Shown: positions 40,205-50,336, counted from the first letter of the stretch. The stretch is DNA of 64,000 nucleotides from Candidatus Micrarchaeota archaeon (GCA_038046765.1 JBBSVN010000004.1:32001-96000), one strand, 5' to 3'. The notes: generated by a model from the sequence alone, not told the origin. Translations and numbers: made by a program.

Positions 40205-41056
40205 TTACTCTTTTATTTCTAACGCTTTGATTAGTCTGCTCAATGCTTCAAGTTTTTCTGGCCTTACGGTTTGAGCAATATCACTTAAGCTTGCATTAGC
40301 ATCTTCAACTATGGCTCTAAAGGCTTCAAGAGTTACTCCTTTTACTAAAATGCCCTGATTTTCAGGCGCCCGAGCAACCTCAATTTTCGGCGCTGCCTCT
40401 TCGAGGCCAACATACGCCACCCCGTAACCGTTGTCGTGCCCCCTGTCGGCACTGACACCCTGCCCGTAGATGCCGTACCTGTCGAAGCCACGGATCAAAG
40501 GGCGCACTCCTACACCAGAGATTCTGAATAACCATCGTTTTTCTGAATCAGAAAGATTATCAAAAAGTTCTTTTGAGATTTCTAATGGAACTCTAGTTTT
40601 TTCATCTACTTTTCCAGCAGTACCTGATTCTTGAATAAACCCTTCAAGAACTACAACTGATTTTGGCAGAATAACTACTCTTTTATCATTTACTTCAACC
40701 TGCTCTGGATCGATAAATAGACCTACTTTTGCTCTTCCTATTGCCTGCTCTGGAATAGATGAAGCAGGCAATATCCACTCTCTTCCTGCATTATCTTTAT
40801 TTACGTCAACTACATCAATTCCTTTTCTAAATTGACCGCTTTGTTCTGGGTATACTAAAACTTCTCTTGCCCAAGCAGCATAATACCCACTTGGCAATTC
40901 TTTCCATTTTTCTGAACCAACTAAATAATCATCATGAAGAACGTGTGATGGCAATCCACCTTTTTCTTTGACTGCTTTTCTGGCTTCAAGCCAACTTAAA
41001 TCTTGACCAGTTGGAACAATTACTTGTCTTTTTTGAACTTGAACTGTTGCACTCAT
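40205..41056 (-). CDS. DGR target protein, probable C-type-lectin-like fold, 283 aa
   Basis: GAGGTG SD before ATG 41056; SWLEARKAVKEKGGLPS resembles the CLec N-terminal motif; VR encodes RPLIRGFDRYGIYGQGVSADRGHDNGYGVA. Confidence 0.88.
   Translation of the reverse strand: MSATVQVQKRQVIVPTGQDLSWLEARKAVKEKGGLPSHVLHDDYLVGSEKWKELPSGYYAAWAREVLVYPEQSGQFRKGIDVVDVNKDNAGREWILPASSIPEQAIGRAKVGLFIDPEQVEVNDKRVVILPKSVVVLEGFIQESGTAGKVDEKTRVPLEISKELFDNLSDSEKRWLFRISGVGVRPLIRGFDRYGIYGQGVSADRGHDNGYGVAYVGLEEAAPKIEVARAPENQGILVKGVTLEAFRAIVEDANASLSDIAQTVRPEKLEALSRLIKALEIKE
40395..40407 (-). promoter_or_regulatory. DGR target-recognition hairpin candidate GCCTC-GAA-GAGGC
   Basis: 5-bp GC-rich stem with GAA triloop, 8 nt 3' of VR; no equivalent after TR. 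Confidence 0.7.
40416..40506 (-). repeat. DGR variable repeat (VR)
   Basis: Ungapped 74/91 identity to TR; 15 A>G and 2 A>T. Confidence 0.95.
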
Positions 41057-41225
41057 AAATTTAACACCTCTAAAGTTGATATTCTTAGTAAATATATTGT
41101 GCACCGAAGTATTTATAAACCATTCTTTTACATTAAAGTTAACTAAATTGAAAAGATACTTTGGAAAAATCAATAGCGAATTAACAATCACAAACATTTA
41201 AAAGCGTGAGAACATAAATATCGCC

Positions 41226-41519
41226 ATGACAGAAATCAAAAGAAGCTTAAAATGTTCAAGTTGCAACAGTGAGTCAAGTATATACATAAGCACAGAAATG
41301 AATGTTTCTGAACTTTTAATACACGGTAAATGCCCTCGATGTGGCAACTCGCTTCAGATCAATTATAATTTAATTGAGCCTGCAACAACAAACACACCAA
41401 CAACTACAAAAAGCACTAATGAAACTGGTTCAGCAAACCAAATGCAAAACCTTGATGAAACTCTTTTTGACCCGGAGTTTCCAACGCAGAGTATAAAAGA
41501 CTTAATAGAGGGAGAATAA
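41226..41519 (+). CDS. small Zn-ribbon protein
   Basis: CSSC and CPRC pairs. Confidence 0.7.
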   Translation: MTEIKRSLKCSSCNSESSIYISTEMNVSELLIHGKCPRCGNSLQINYNLIEPATTNTPTTTKSTNETGSANQMQNLDETLFDPEFPTQSIKDLIEGE

Positions 41520-41524
41520 CCTCT

Positions 41525-42961
41525 ATGAAAATTTCTTATCTTTTATCTAGAGATCTTGCAAAAAGAATGCTTTTAGTGCATCCCCCAGAACCAAAAAAGG
41601 AAATGCTTATTTCAAATGTTGATGAAGGAATTTACCTTGGAAAAACCCGATTTCTTGGAACGCCTGTTTTTTGGGATTTTAAAAAACTAATCAACCCACA
41701 TATAGGGATAGTTGGTATAAGCGGATCTGGAAAAAGTTATTTTATAAAAAGTTTTCTTACTCGTGCAGCATTAGTTTGGAGAAGTAATGCGATTATTATT
41801 GACTGGGTTGGAGAATATAATAAATGGGTAAAACAAGCAGGAGGGTTAGTTATCGATTTAGGAAAAGAAAAACTTAACTTACTTGATTTAGTTGGGCTTA
41901 AAAAAAGTGACAGGATAAAACAGATAATGTCGGCTTTAGATATACTTTTAGAGCTTAAAACTTACCCAAATGAACGGGATGAAATTGAAGCTGGACTTGA
42001 AGAGATATATGAAAAACAAACAAAACCTAAATTAAAGGATTTAGTAACGCTTCTTGAAAAAAGAAAAAATTTACGCGCTTCCAGATTAATAAAAAGATTC
42101 ACAGTTGAAGGGAGTGATTTTTTTGCTGGAGATAGTACATTTGACATAAAAAAACTCACAACTTCCGGGTTAGTTTGCCTAGATTTACATAACTTGCCTA
42201 CTGAAGAAATTCGTTCATTAGCCGGTTTAACCGTTTTACAGTATATAAAAGAAATAATGCGAAGCGAAGGCGCAACAGACGAGAAGGGAATTAAACTTTT
42301 TGTCGTTTTAGATGAAGCTTGGAAGATTGCGCAGGATGAAAAAAGCGATGTCATAACAATCGTAAGAGAAGGGAGAAAATACAATTTCGCACTAATTGTT
42401 GCAAGCCAAAATCCAAACGACATGCATAAAACGATATTTAGCAATACTGGCTCGATGATAATTTTAAGGCTAGTTTTAAAGGAGTTTAGGGATTATGTAA
42501 AAGAGTCTATTGGCTACGGAGATTTTATCGATGATCAGATATCCAAATTTGGTGTAGGTGATGCTGCAATAAATATGATATTTGCCCAAAGGCAGGCTAG
42601 GGCCCAGACATTTCTTTTAAATAAGATAGATGGTGAAGAACCATTATTTTTATTTAAAATACGAGGTGGGGATATGGAGATCGAAATTGAAAGAGAACAA
42701 CTAATAAAAATGCTTTATGAATTACAGCTAAATGAGAGTCAGATAGAACTAGTAAAGGCAGAATTTGAAAGAAACGATGGAATTATGGATGCTGAAAAGA
42801 TTGTTTCAATGCTTGAGAAGTTTGGATATGCTAAATCAATAATAATGTCCCTCTTAAGGCAACTTGGCATTGATGAGAAAAACTTAATAAAGGTATTTTC
42901 ATTAGTAAAGATGAGAAAGGCAAGAAAAGGAGTAGCAAACATAGTTTTGGACAAGGGTTAA
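41525..42961 (+). CDS. HerA/VirB4-like (DUF87) P-loop ATPase
   Basis: NPHIGIVGISGSGKS, VVLDEAW, REGRKY, ASQ. Confidence 0.88.
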   Translation: MKISYLLSRDLAKRMLLVHPPEPKKEMLISNVDEGIYLGKTRFLGTPVFWDFKKLINPHIGIVGISGSGKSYFIKSFLTRAALVWRSNAIIIDWVGEYNKWVKQAGGLVIDLGKEKLNLLDLVGLKKSDRIKQIMSALDILLELKTYPNERDEIEAGLEEIYEKQTKPKLKDLVTLLEKRKNLRASRLIKRFTVEGSDFFAGDSTFDIKKLTTSGLVCLDLHNLPTEEIRSLAGLTVLQYIKEIMRSEGATDEKGIKLFVVLDEAWKIAQDEKSDVITIVREGRKYNFALIVASQNPNDMHKTIFSNTGSMIILRLVLKEFRDYVKESIGYGDFIDDQISKFGVGDAAINMIFAQRQARAQTFLLNKIDGEEPLFLFKIRGGDMEIEIEREQLIKMLYELQLNESQIELVKAEFERNDGIMDAEKIVSMLEKFGYAKSIIMSLLRQLGIDEKNLIKVFSLVKMRKARKGVANIVLDKG

Positions 42962-42965
42962 GCAC

Positions 42966-43649
42966 ATGGAAGGGGAAATAAAAATTAGTGCAAAAAAGAA
43001 GAAGAAACTAAATGAACTAGCTAAGACACTGGGGGATCTTGGATTTACTAAGATGAATTTTTCAAAGGATAAGATAGTAGTGGAAAAACATAAAGATCAA
43101 CAGACGGATTACCGTATGATTTTTGGATCTGACGCAATAACATTTATTTATACAATACCTGAAAACAAAAAGAGCAAGATTGTAGAATTTGAATTTCTGC
43201 CACTGTTTCTAAATACACTTACGATTGCAACTGATTTTTACGAACTTGATTCTAAAGATATAATAAATTATATTCAAAAAATATGGGCAGAACTTGGAAA
43301 GACCATGGACAAAGATATAATTGAAATTTCAAGCGAACTAAATGATACAAAAACAAAGCATTTTGAATTACAAAGAAAGTATTCGGATCTGCTTAGGTCT
43401 AGCGAAGAAAATGCGAGAATACTAATTGAATGTGAAAGTAAAAGAGATGAATTGCAAAAAAGAACCAGTCAACTTGAAAAAATAAGCGACCAGACATTAA
43501 AAGAAGAATTATATAACTGGATAAAATTGCATGGCGGGAGCATAGATATGATGCAATTTTGTAAAAGCTATAGTATAGCAACGGCACGGGCTGAAGAGGG
43601 AGTTATACTTCTTGTAAAAGAAGGATATATCAGAAAAAGAAGCGAGTAG
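42966..43649 (+). CDS. hypothetical coiled-coil protein with C-terminal winged-helix-like segment
   Basis: 227-aa ORF in operon with the ATPase. Confidence 0.65.
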   Translation: MEGEIKISAKKKKKLNELAKTLGDLGFTKMNFSKDKIVVEKHKDQQTDYRMIFGSDAITFIYTIPENKKSKIVEFEFLPLFLNTLTIATDFYELDSKDIINYIQKIWAELGKTMDKDIIEISSELNDTKTKHFELQRKYSDLLRSSEENARILIECESKRDELQKRTSQLEKISDQTLKEELYNWIKLHGGSIDMMQFCKSYSIATARAEEGVILLVKEGYIRKRSE

Positions 43650-43655
43650 ATTTTT

Positions 43656-43784
43656 ATGGGAGAAGAAGAAAATAAGTATTATGATTTTGCATTACTAAAG
43701 AATTACTCTAAGGAAAGGAAATTTATCATTCTAAAAACCCTTAAAAACAGTTTTTTAGATATGTTAAATATATTTAAGAGGTAG
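43656..43784 (+). CDS. possible 42-aa small protein
   Basis: MGEEENKYYDFALLKNYSKERKF...FKR*, starting 6 nt after the previous stop. Confidence 0.35.
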   Translation: MGEEENKYYDFALLKNYSKERKFIILKTLKNSFLDMLNIFKR

Positions 43785-43918
43785 CATTGAGCAATGTGCC
43801 GTGAGCTTTGAGCACGGAGCAAATTTTAGTTCTGTTCATTGCATCGGCAAGTGCTTGCACTTGACGAGCTAGTAAAGGCTTGTGCTCTTTACTGGACAAG
43901 GCCCACTATGCAAGGCTA
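43782..43918. repeat. hairpin-rich element, copy 2, in the purD leader
   Basis: Inverted relative to copy 1; heptamers GCATTGA GCAATGT GCCGTGA GCTTTGA GCACGGA at the left end. Confidence 0.85.
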
Positions 43919-43933
43919 AAACATGTGATTAAT

Positions 43934-45250
43934 ATGCGCGTTTTATTAATAGGTAACGGAGCTAGAGAGCATGCCATCGCAGAAAAAATATCTGCTGATG
44001 CAGAACTTATTACAATAATGGCTAAGAAAAACCCAGCTATTGCAAAACTTTCTAAAAAGCATTTTATATGCGATATAAACAACCCGCTTGAAGTTAGCGC
44101 TTGCGCAAAAGACCTTGATATTGATGTTGCTTTTGCTTCTCCTGATTCTACGCTTGCTAACGGAATAACTGACGCATTAGATAAAATCGGAATAAGTACA
44201 TCTTCCCCAACTAAAAGCGCGGCCAGAATCGAATGGGACAAAGAGTATATGCGTTCACTTATGAAAGACAATAAACTTAGCGGAAGGGTTGAACACGAAA
44301 TAGTACACAATTTGAAAGACGCGAAAGAAGTAATGACTAGGCTAGGGAATGTAGCGCTAAAACCGATTGGACTCACAGGGGGCAAGGGAGTAAAAGTAAG
44401 CGGAGATCATTTTACAAATATCCAAGGAGCGCTTAGTTACGCAAACGAAGTACTGTTAAAGGACAAGAAACTTTTAATAGAAGAAAAAATAGAAGGCGAA
44501 GAATTTAGTTTGCAGGTTTTTAGTGATGGAACCCACATTTATGATATGCCGCCAGTCCAAGACCATAAACGAGCTTTTGAAAATGATTTGGGAGATAACA
44601 CAGGCGGAATGGGTTCATATTCTACTGGAAAATTACTTCCATTTATAGAACAAAATGATATTGAACAGGGTCGTAAAATTTTACAGGAGATAGTTCACGC
44701 AATGCGAAAAGAAAAAAACTCTTTTAAAGGCGTAATGTATGGCCAGTTTATGGCATGTAAGGGGGGGGTAAAGGTAATAGAAATAAATGCGAGATTTGGG
44801 GACCCAGAGGCAATAAACGTGCTAGCGTTACTTAAGAATTCATTAACAGATATGTTTCTTTCTATTGCAGATGGAAATTTAGAGAGACCGGAATTTTCTG
44901 ACCAGTCTACCGTAGTAAAATATTTAGTTCCAGAGGGTTATCCAACAAAACCAATCGCAGATAGTCCGCTACTAATCGATGAACAAAAAGTTTTAGCATC
45001 GAATGCAAAATTATATTATGCAAGCGTTTATGAAAAAGACAGCGTAATATACACTAGCTCATCTAGAGCCATTGCAACGCTCGGAATCGCAAATACGCTT
45101 GAAGAAGCAGAACAGAAAGCCCAGATTGCCTGCAATGCAGTAAAAGGTAAGGTTTGGCATAGGAAAGATATAGGTACTAAAGAACTTGTAAATAAAAGAA
45201 TTGTACACATGAAAATAATTAGACAGGGTGCAGGTAGCGATGGGCAATGA
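43934..45250 (+). CDS. purD: phosphoribosylamine-glycine ligase
   Basis: MRVLLIGNGAREHAIA, GGKGV, QDHKR, NTGGMG, EINARFGDPE; GTGAT-N4-ATG start. Confidence 0.95.
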   Translation: MRVLLIGNGAREHAIAEKISADAELITIMAKKNPAIAKLSKKHFICDINNPLEVSACAKDLDIDVAFASPDSTLANGITDALDKIGISTSSPTKSAARIEWDKEYMRSLMKDNKLSGRVEHEIVHNLKDAKEVMTRLGNVALKPIGLTGGKGVKVSGDHFTNIQGALSYANEVLLKDKKLLIEEKIEGEEFSLQVFSDGTHIYDMPPVQDHKRAFENDLGDNTGGMGSYSTGKLLPFIEQNDIEQGRKILQEIVHAMRKEKNSFKGVMYGQFMACKGGVKVIEINARFGDPEAINVLALLKNSLTDMFLSIADGNLERPEFSDQSTVVKYLVPEGYPTKPIADSPLLIDEQKVLASNAKLYYASVYEKDSVIYTSSSRAIATLGIANTLEEAEQKAQIACNAVKGKVWHRKDIGTKELVNKRIVHMKIIRQGAGSDGQ

Positions 45251-45500
45251 GCACGAATACGATTTAGAAAAAATGAAGGAACGAACTAAAAAAGATATTG
45301 ATAAACTAGTTGGTATAATAGCGGAATTTAGAAAGCTTAAACTCGATCAAAAATACCCTGCTGCGCTAAAATGGGCAGAGAATTATCTTTTTGATTCAGA
45401 ACATTTTTACAAGGAAAAAAAATATTTTACTGCTTTTGGTGCAGCTAATTACGCTTATGGGATAATTGAAGGATTGTTAATTACAGAGGGTAAAAAATAA
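45228..45500 (+). CDS. DUF357 family protein
   Basis: AENYLFDSEHF...AFGAANYAYG. Confidence 0.8.
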   Translation: MQVAMGNEHEYDLEKMKERTKKDIDKLVGIIAEFRKLKLDQKYPAALKWAENYLFDSEHFYKEKKYFTAFGAANYAYGIIEGLLITEGKK

Positions 45501-46252
45501 TGGAATTTCATCTTAAAAAATCATTAGGCCAAAACTTTCTAAAAGACCAGAACATACTTAGAAAAGAAGTAAGCGTTGCTAATGTTACTGGTAAAAAAGT
45601 TTTAGAGATAGGTCCGGGAGATGGCGGCTTAACACAGATGATACTTGAAGCTAATCCCTCTAGATTAACAGTTATAGAAAAGGACGAGAGATTTGCATAT
45701 TTACTTAAGGATAAATTTAAAACAACAATTTCAATAGTCAAAGATGACTTTCTTAAACACGAATTTACAGATGATTTTGATGTAATTATTGGCAACATCC
45801 CTTATTATATAACCAGTCCAATAATTTTTAAAGTAAAGGACATGAAGTTTGAACGAGCAGTATTCATAGTGCAAAAAGAGTTTGCGATGAAAATGATTGC
45901 TAACCCAAATGATAGCAATTATGGAAGGTTAAGCGTAACAAGCCAGCTATTTTTTGAAGTCAAATACATCCAGACTATTTCAAGAAGGGTTTTTTCACCA
46001 GTTCCTAGGGTTGACTCTGCAATGATTGAACTTAAAAGGACAAACTCAAAATTAGATTCATTTGATCAGGACATTGTTCGCTACTTATTCCAGCATAAAA
46101 ACCAAAGTGTAAAAAAATCATTAGGACACTCGAAGCAGTTTAGTAAAGAACAGCTGGAAAAACTAAATGATTACTCAAAGGTAAAGGTTAGAACGCTAAC
46201 AAAAGAAGAAGTTTTGAAGATTGTTGGAATAATGAAAGAATCGAAGAAATAA
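45500..46252 (+). CDS. rsmA: 16S rRNA adenine dimethyltransferase
   Basis: KKSLGQNFL, LEIGPGDG, NIPYYITSP, QKE, YGRLSV, PRVDS. Confidence 0.95.
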   Translation: MEFHLKKSLGQNFLKDQNILRKEVSVANVTGKKVLEIGPGDGGLTQMILEANPSRLTVIEKDERFAYLLKDKFKTTISIVKDDFLKHEFTDDFDVIIGNIPYYITSPIIFKVKDMKFERAVFIVQKEFAMKMIANPNDSNYGRLSVTSQLFFEVKYIQTISRRVFSPVPRVDSAMIELKRTNSKLDSFDQDIVRYLFQHKNQSVKKSLGHSKQFSKEQLEKLNDYSKVKVRTLTKEEVLKIVGIMKESKK

Positions 46253-46275
46253 AATAAAGAAAATAAAAAGAAAAA

Positions 46276-46854
46276 TTATTGGCTTGGAACTTCTCTTAGT
46301 GAAACATCACTAGACATATTCCAAGAACCATTAGATGATAGATTAAACTTCAGGCCACTAAAAGCAGCCTCCATGCATGCCTTGAATTTATTATGACAGA
46401 GTACTGCAACAGAACCGTCACTTACATTAATGTCCCCACTTGTCTGTGCAACTTTATTTAAATAAAGATCCCATGAGCTAGATTTTTCATAGCTTTTACA
46501 GGAATTATTTGCAATAACTGCGTAAGCGGTTGCAGTATTTTTTGAAAGATCTACATCTGCGCCGCTTATATAAACAGACGCATTTAAACTAGGCAATAAA
46601 TCAGGCATGTTAAAAACAATAAACTGAGTTTCATCACCGCTTGTTTTCAATGTATACGCGGTTTGCGTAGTACTCACTAATTTGACTGTACTTGAGTCAT
46701 AAGTGCAAGTACCAGAAACTCCTGCTCTGAATTTTTGTACTGTTTCTTCTTGACCTCCACATCCAGCAGAGTGTAATGCAAAAGCTACTGCTGCAGTTCT
46801 TAGAACAGATTTAGCAGTCTGATAAAGATTACTTCTCGATAAATTTGCATTCAT
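46276..46854 (-). CDS. hypothetical lipoprotein
   Basis: AAVAFALHSAGC lipobox-like motif. Confidence 0.6.
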   Translation of the reverse strand: MNANLSRSNLYQTAKSVLRTAAVAFALHSAGCGGQEETVQKFRAGVSGTCTYDSSTVKLVSTTQTAYTLKTSGDETQFIVFNMPDLLPSLNASVYISGADVDLSKNTATAYAVIANNSCKSYEKSSSWDLYLNKVAQTSGDINVSDGSVAVLCHNKFKACMEAAFSGLKFNLSSNGSWNMSSDVSLREVPSQ

Positions 46855-47051
46855 ATAATACGCACCCCGATTAGTCTTAAATTATAGTTTATATTATTGT
46901 TTTAGTATGATAATAAATAAGCCAAAACGTTTTTAAATACATAATAAAACATTAGGACAAACGCTAAGGATAAAGAAACTGAATTTATTGGAAAACTAGA
47001 CTAAGAAATTGATAGATAAAAAATAATAAAAAAGAAATAAAAAATTAAAAT

Positions 47052-47864
47052 TTACCTTGAACCTGCGTCTGCTGTACCGTTTGATACAGATGGTTCATAA
47101 TTAACTAAACTCGTTAAACCAGATAAGGTTACGGTTAAGTTAGTACCATCGGAAGTTAAATTTGCGGTATCTAAAGCCACTTCCTTACCTCTACCTTCAG
47201 TTGTGTTAAAGATAACAATTTTGGTTGTAAGTGCAGATGAACCTGAAGAGTTTAAGCTAGTTCCGTATTGGAATGAACCTATACTATTTAATGCGTAAGT
47301 TAAACCCATATCGTAGCTTGTGTATACTTTTTCATCGCTAGCAACACATCCTTCAGTTCCGTTTAAACCACTAACAGTATATGTACCGTTTGAAGCAAGT
47401 ATGCTTGACATCCATAATGTTGAGACAACTGTTGCGCCTGCATCTGGTGCTGACAAAACTGCTGCTGCAACTATATCTGAACCTCTTGAACTATTATCAG
47501 ACAAGCTGAATTGAGCTGAAAAAGTTACTGCTTGAGTTTGTACCATTCCAGTTACTGGATCATATCCCAATTCTAATACTGATGCAGTTTTACCAAAGCA
47601 TGAAACAGTTCTTCCGCCAGATTGTGCATCAGGTGTTGCTACTGAATCAATTTTTGAATCAGTTGTTGCATCGTTCATTGCGCCTACATCGACTGCTCTT
47701 CCACCGTCTAATACTGGTGTTGGGCCGCCTGTTGCTGAATCTCCGCAACCTAATTTACCAACCAAAACTGCTACTTTTGCAAATCTCTTTGCTGCAGATA
47801 ATACCATTGATTCAGACTTAACTGCCTGAGGACCTACTTTGTTCATTTTCAATTCACTTACCAT
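47052..47864 (-). CDS. hypothetical secreted/lipoprotein with DA/DAG linkers
   Basis: GGTGG SD; LGC; DGG, DA, PDA, DAG repeats. Confidence 0.6.
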   Translation of the reverse strand: MVSELKMNKVGPQAVKSESMVLSAAKRFAKVAVLVGKLGCGDSATGGPTPVLDGGRAVDVGAMNDATTDSKIDSVATPDAQSGGRTVSCFGKTASVLELGYDPVTGMVQTQAVTFSAQFSLSDNSSRGSDIVAAAVLSAPDAGATVVSTLWMSSILASNGTYTVSGLNGTEGCVASDEKVYTSYDMGLTYALNSIGSFQYGTSLNSSGSSALTTKIVIFNTTEGRGKEVALDTANLTSDGTNLTVTLSGLTSLVNYEPSVSNGTADAGSR

Positions 47865-48137
47865 TCATAACCACCTTAATCATTAATTGTTTATTTTACT
47901 AGTTAAATATGTTTATGCACCAAAACATTTTTAAACATATCTTTTAACCTCCGTTTCACACTTTTAGAAACAGATAGTGCTTAAGTAGCACATCTTGTCG
48001 CCGATTATTTAACTTAATGATAATATAATGTGGGTTTCCATTTATAAATAAGTAGTCTATAGTTAGGTACAAACCTAATTAGCGATTTTATAGGAGTTGA
48101 CTAGATGATTGTGAGTAATACGCAATACTTTTAATAG

Positions 48138-48536
48138 ATGAACAATAATATAGAAGATATGAAAACAGCAGTTTTAGACACAAACTTCCTTCTTATCCCC
48201 CAGCAATTTAAAATAGATATATTTAGTGAGTTAAATTATCTTCTAGAAGAATATAAAATGGTTGTATCTTCGGCAACAGTGAGGGAGCTAGAGAATATAT
48301 CTAAAAAGATGAGCAAAGCCGGCAGGGCAGCAAAATTTGCAAGAAAATTACTAGAAAGCCATCCTGAAATAGAAGTAATACCAACAACCCTAAATGCAGA
48401 TGATTTTATTGTTGCTTACGCTAAAGAGAACAGGGTAGTAGTCTGTACGAACGACATAGCATTAAAGAAAAGGATGAACCGGATCAGAGTTAAACTTATA
48501 ACTTTAAAATCAAAAGCTAAGATTGGATTTGTCTAG
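48138..48536 (+). CDS. PIN-domain protein, Fcf1/Utp24-like
   Basis: VLDTNFLL, VREL, ADDFI, VCTNDIALKKR. Confidence 0.85.
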   Translation: MNNNIEDMKTAVLDTNFLLIPQQFKIDIFSELNYLLEEYKMVVSSATVRELENISKKMSKAGRAAKFARKLLESHPEIEVIPTTLNADDFIVAYAKENRVVVCTNDIALKKRMNRIRVKLITLKSKAKIGFV

Positions 48537-48545
48537 TGATACCTA

Positions 48546-48863
48546 ATGATTGTTGAAATAATAATAGGAGTAACTGTTGGATGCATAGTACTATACTTTC
48601 TATGGAACCACAATCAAAAAATAATCAACTACGAAAAAGCAATAGAAAATGGCAAAACTAACTTGAAGATACACGCAAATAAAGATTTAAAGAAGCTTAC
48701 AATTAAGGATGTTTACGAAGGACAACCAATAGAATTTGTCAGAAAAAATATCGAATCGGGAGAAGATGTTGAATTTACCTACCCAAAAGGAGAAAAAATT
48801 ACCCGAATTTTTGTAGAAGAAGAAAATGGTAAAAAGCACGAGATAGAGTGTACGTATAAATGA
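48546..48863 (+). CDS. hypothetical membrane-anchored protein
   Basis: N-terminal TM helix, GTGAT SD. Confidence 0.6.
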   Translation: MIVEIIIGVTVGCIVLYFLWNHNQKIINYEKAIENGKTNLKIHANKDLKKLTIKDVYEGQPIEFVRKNIESGEDVEFTYPKGEKITRIFVEEENGKKHEIECTYK

Positions 48864-48881
48864 AAATAAAGAGGAGATATT

Positions 48882-50336
48882 ATGCAAATTAACATAAAAA
48901 AAATAGAACCAGCAGATGTTAAAAGCGAAATACTTGCGATTGCATTGTATCAGGACGAAAGTTTACCATTTGCAGAAATTACTAAAGGAATAAGAAAAGA
49001 AGAATTTACTGGAAAATCTGGACAAGTATCTATAATAGACAGCCAGGGAAAAACTAATTTTAGAAAAGTACTACTTTATGGACTAGGAGAAAGTAAAGAA
49101 TTTAACCTGGATTTATTAAGAAGATTTGGAGGAACTGCGCTTAGATATGCTGCGGGAATTAAAACAACGAGCTTGTCAATTAGTGCGAATATTGTGGAGG
49201 TTAATTCAAGCGATGCAGTACAAGCGATATGCGAGGGAGCGATTTTAGCAAATTACAAACCAATCCAGTTTAAGAGTAAGCAAGATGATTACTTCGAATT
49301 AAAAGAATTTGATGTGATTTCTAAAGAGAACATTGCTGAATATGTAAATCGCGCATCGATACTAGCTAATTCTCAAAATTATGTTCGGGAAATTAACGAA
49401 AATCCAGCGAATATTGCAACACCGCAAAAACTAGCTGAACATGCAAAGAATTTAGCCAAACAAAATAAGCTTGACATTACAATTCTAGAGAAAAAAGATA
49501 TGGAAAAACTTAAGATGAATGCAATACTCGGAGTAAATCAGGGAAGTCCATTACCTCCTGTTATGGCAATTTTAGAGTATAATAAAGGTAAAATGAACTT
49601 GCCACTTTATGCAGTAATCGGGAAAGGAATTACATTTGATAGTGGCGGTATTTCGATTAAGCCAGCTAAAGGAATGCAGGAAATGAAGTATGATAAAACT
49701 GGTGCAGTCACAACATTAGGAATTGCAAAGGCAGTAAGCGAGCTTAAATTACCGATTCGATTAGTTGCAGTATTTACTGCTACTGAGAATATGCCATCAG
49801 GCAGTGCGCAAAAACCAGGCGACATCGTAACAGCATATAATGGAAAAACTATTGAAGTACTAAATACAGATGCAGAGGGGAGATTAATTTTATCAGATAC
49901 ACTCTCGTACATTGCTAAAGAGAAAAAACCAGAAGTTATGATCGACCTTGCAACTTTAACTGGTGCAATGATAGTAGCGCTTGGAAAATATAGAATCGGA
50001 TTATTTAGTAACGATGATACCGTTTCAAATGCATTATACGGCGCTGGAGAAAAAACTTTTGAACGAGTTTGGAGAATGCCAATGGATAAAGAGTACAGTG
50101 AGATGATTAAAGCTGATTTTGCGGATATTAAAAATATCGGAAGCGAAGGCGGAGAAGCGGGTTCGATTACTGCAGCTTGTTTTCTAAAGGAATTTATCGG
50201 GGAAACTAAATGGGCTCACTTAGATATTGCAGGAGTTGATAACATTGCGGAACGACATGCTTATTTAGATAAAGGAGCGAGTGGGATTGGTGTTAGATTA
50301 GTTTGTGAAGCGCTAGAGAAGATGGCGAAGAAATAA
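48882..50336 (+). CDS. pepA: leucyl aminopeptidase (M17)
   Basis: GKGITFDSGG, MKYD, ENMPSG, NTDAEGRL, ATLTGA, WAHLDIAG. Confidence 0.96.
   Translation: MQINIKKIEPADVKSEILAIALYQDESLPFAEITKGIRKEEFTGKSGQVSIIDSQGKTNFRKVLLYGLGESKEFNLDLLRRFGGTALRYAAGIKTTSLSISANIVEVNSSDAVQAICEGAILANYKPIQFKSKQDDYFELKEFDVISKENIAEYVNRASILANSQNYVREINENPANIATPQKLAEHAKNLAKQNKLDITILEKKDMEKLKMNAILGVNQGSPLPPVMAILEYNKGKMNLPLYAVIGKGITFDSGGISIKPAKGMQEMKYDKTGAVTTLGIAKAVSELKLPIRLVAVFTATENMPSGSAQKPGDIVTAYNGKTIEVLNTDAEGRLILSDTLSYIAKEKKPEVMIDLATLTGAMIVALGKYRIGLFSNDDTVSNALYGAGEKTFERVWRMPMDKEYSEMIKADFADIKNIGSEGGEAGSITAACFLKEFIGETKWAHLDIAGVDNIAERHAYLDKGASGIGVRLVCEALEKMAKK

Larger units (their letters stand above)
38753..41056 (-). mobile_element. 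diversity-generating retroelement: target gene (VR) - structured spacer - TR - RT
   Basis: TR/VR pair differing only at adenines, DGR-type RT, GAA-loop hairpin after VR. Confidence 0.93.

Noticed and set aside
36437..41056. Integrated element at tRNA-Pro carrying the DGR
   Set aside because: No integrase and no duplicated tRNA 3' end seen; the tRNA 3' end points away from the DGR
43880..43933. N-terminal extension of PurD (MCSLLDKAHY...)
   Set aside because: Lies in the repeat element; PurD homology and SD point to ATG 43934
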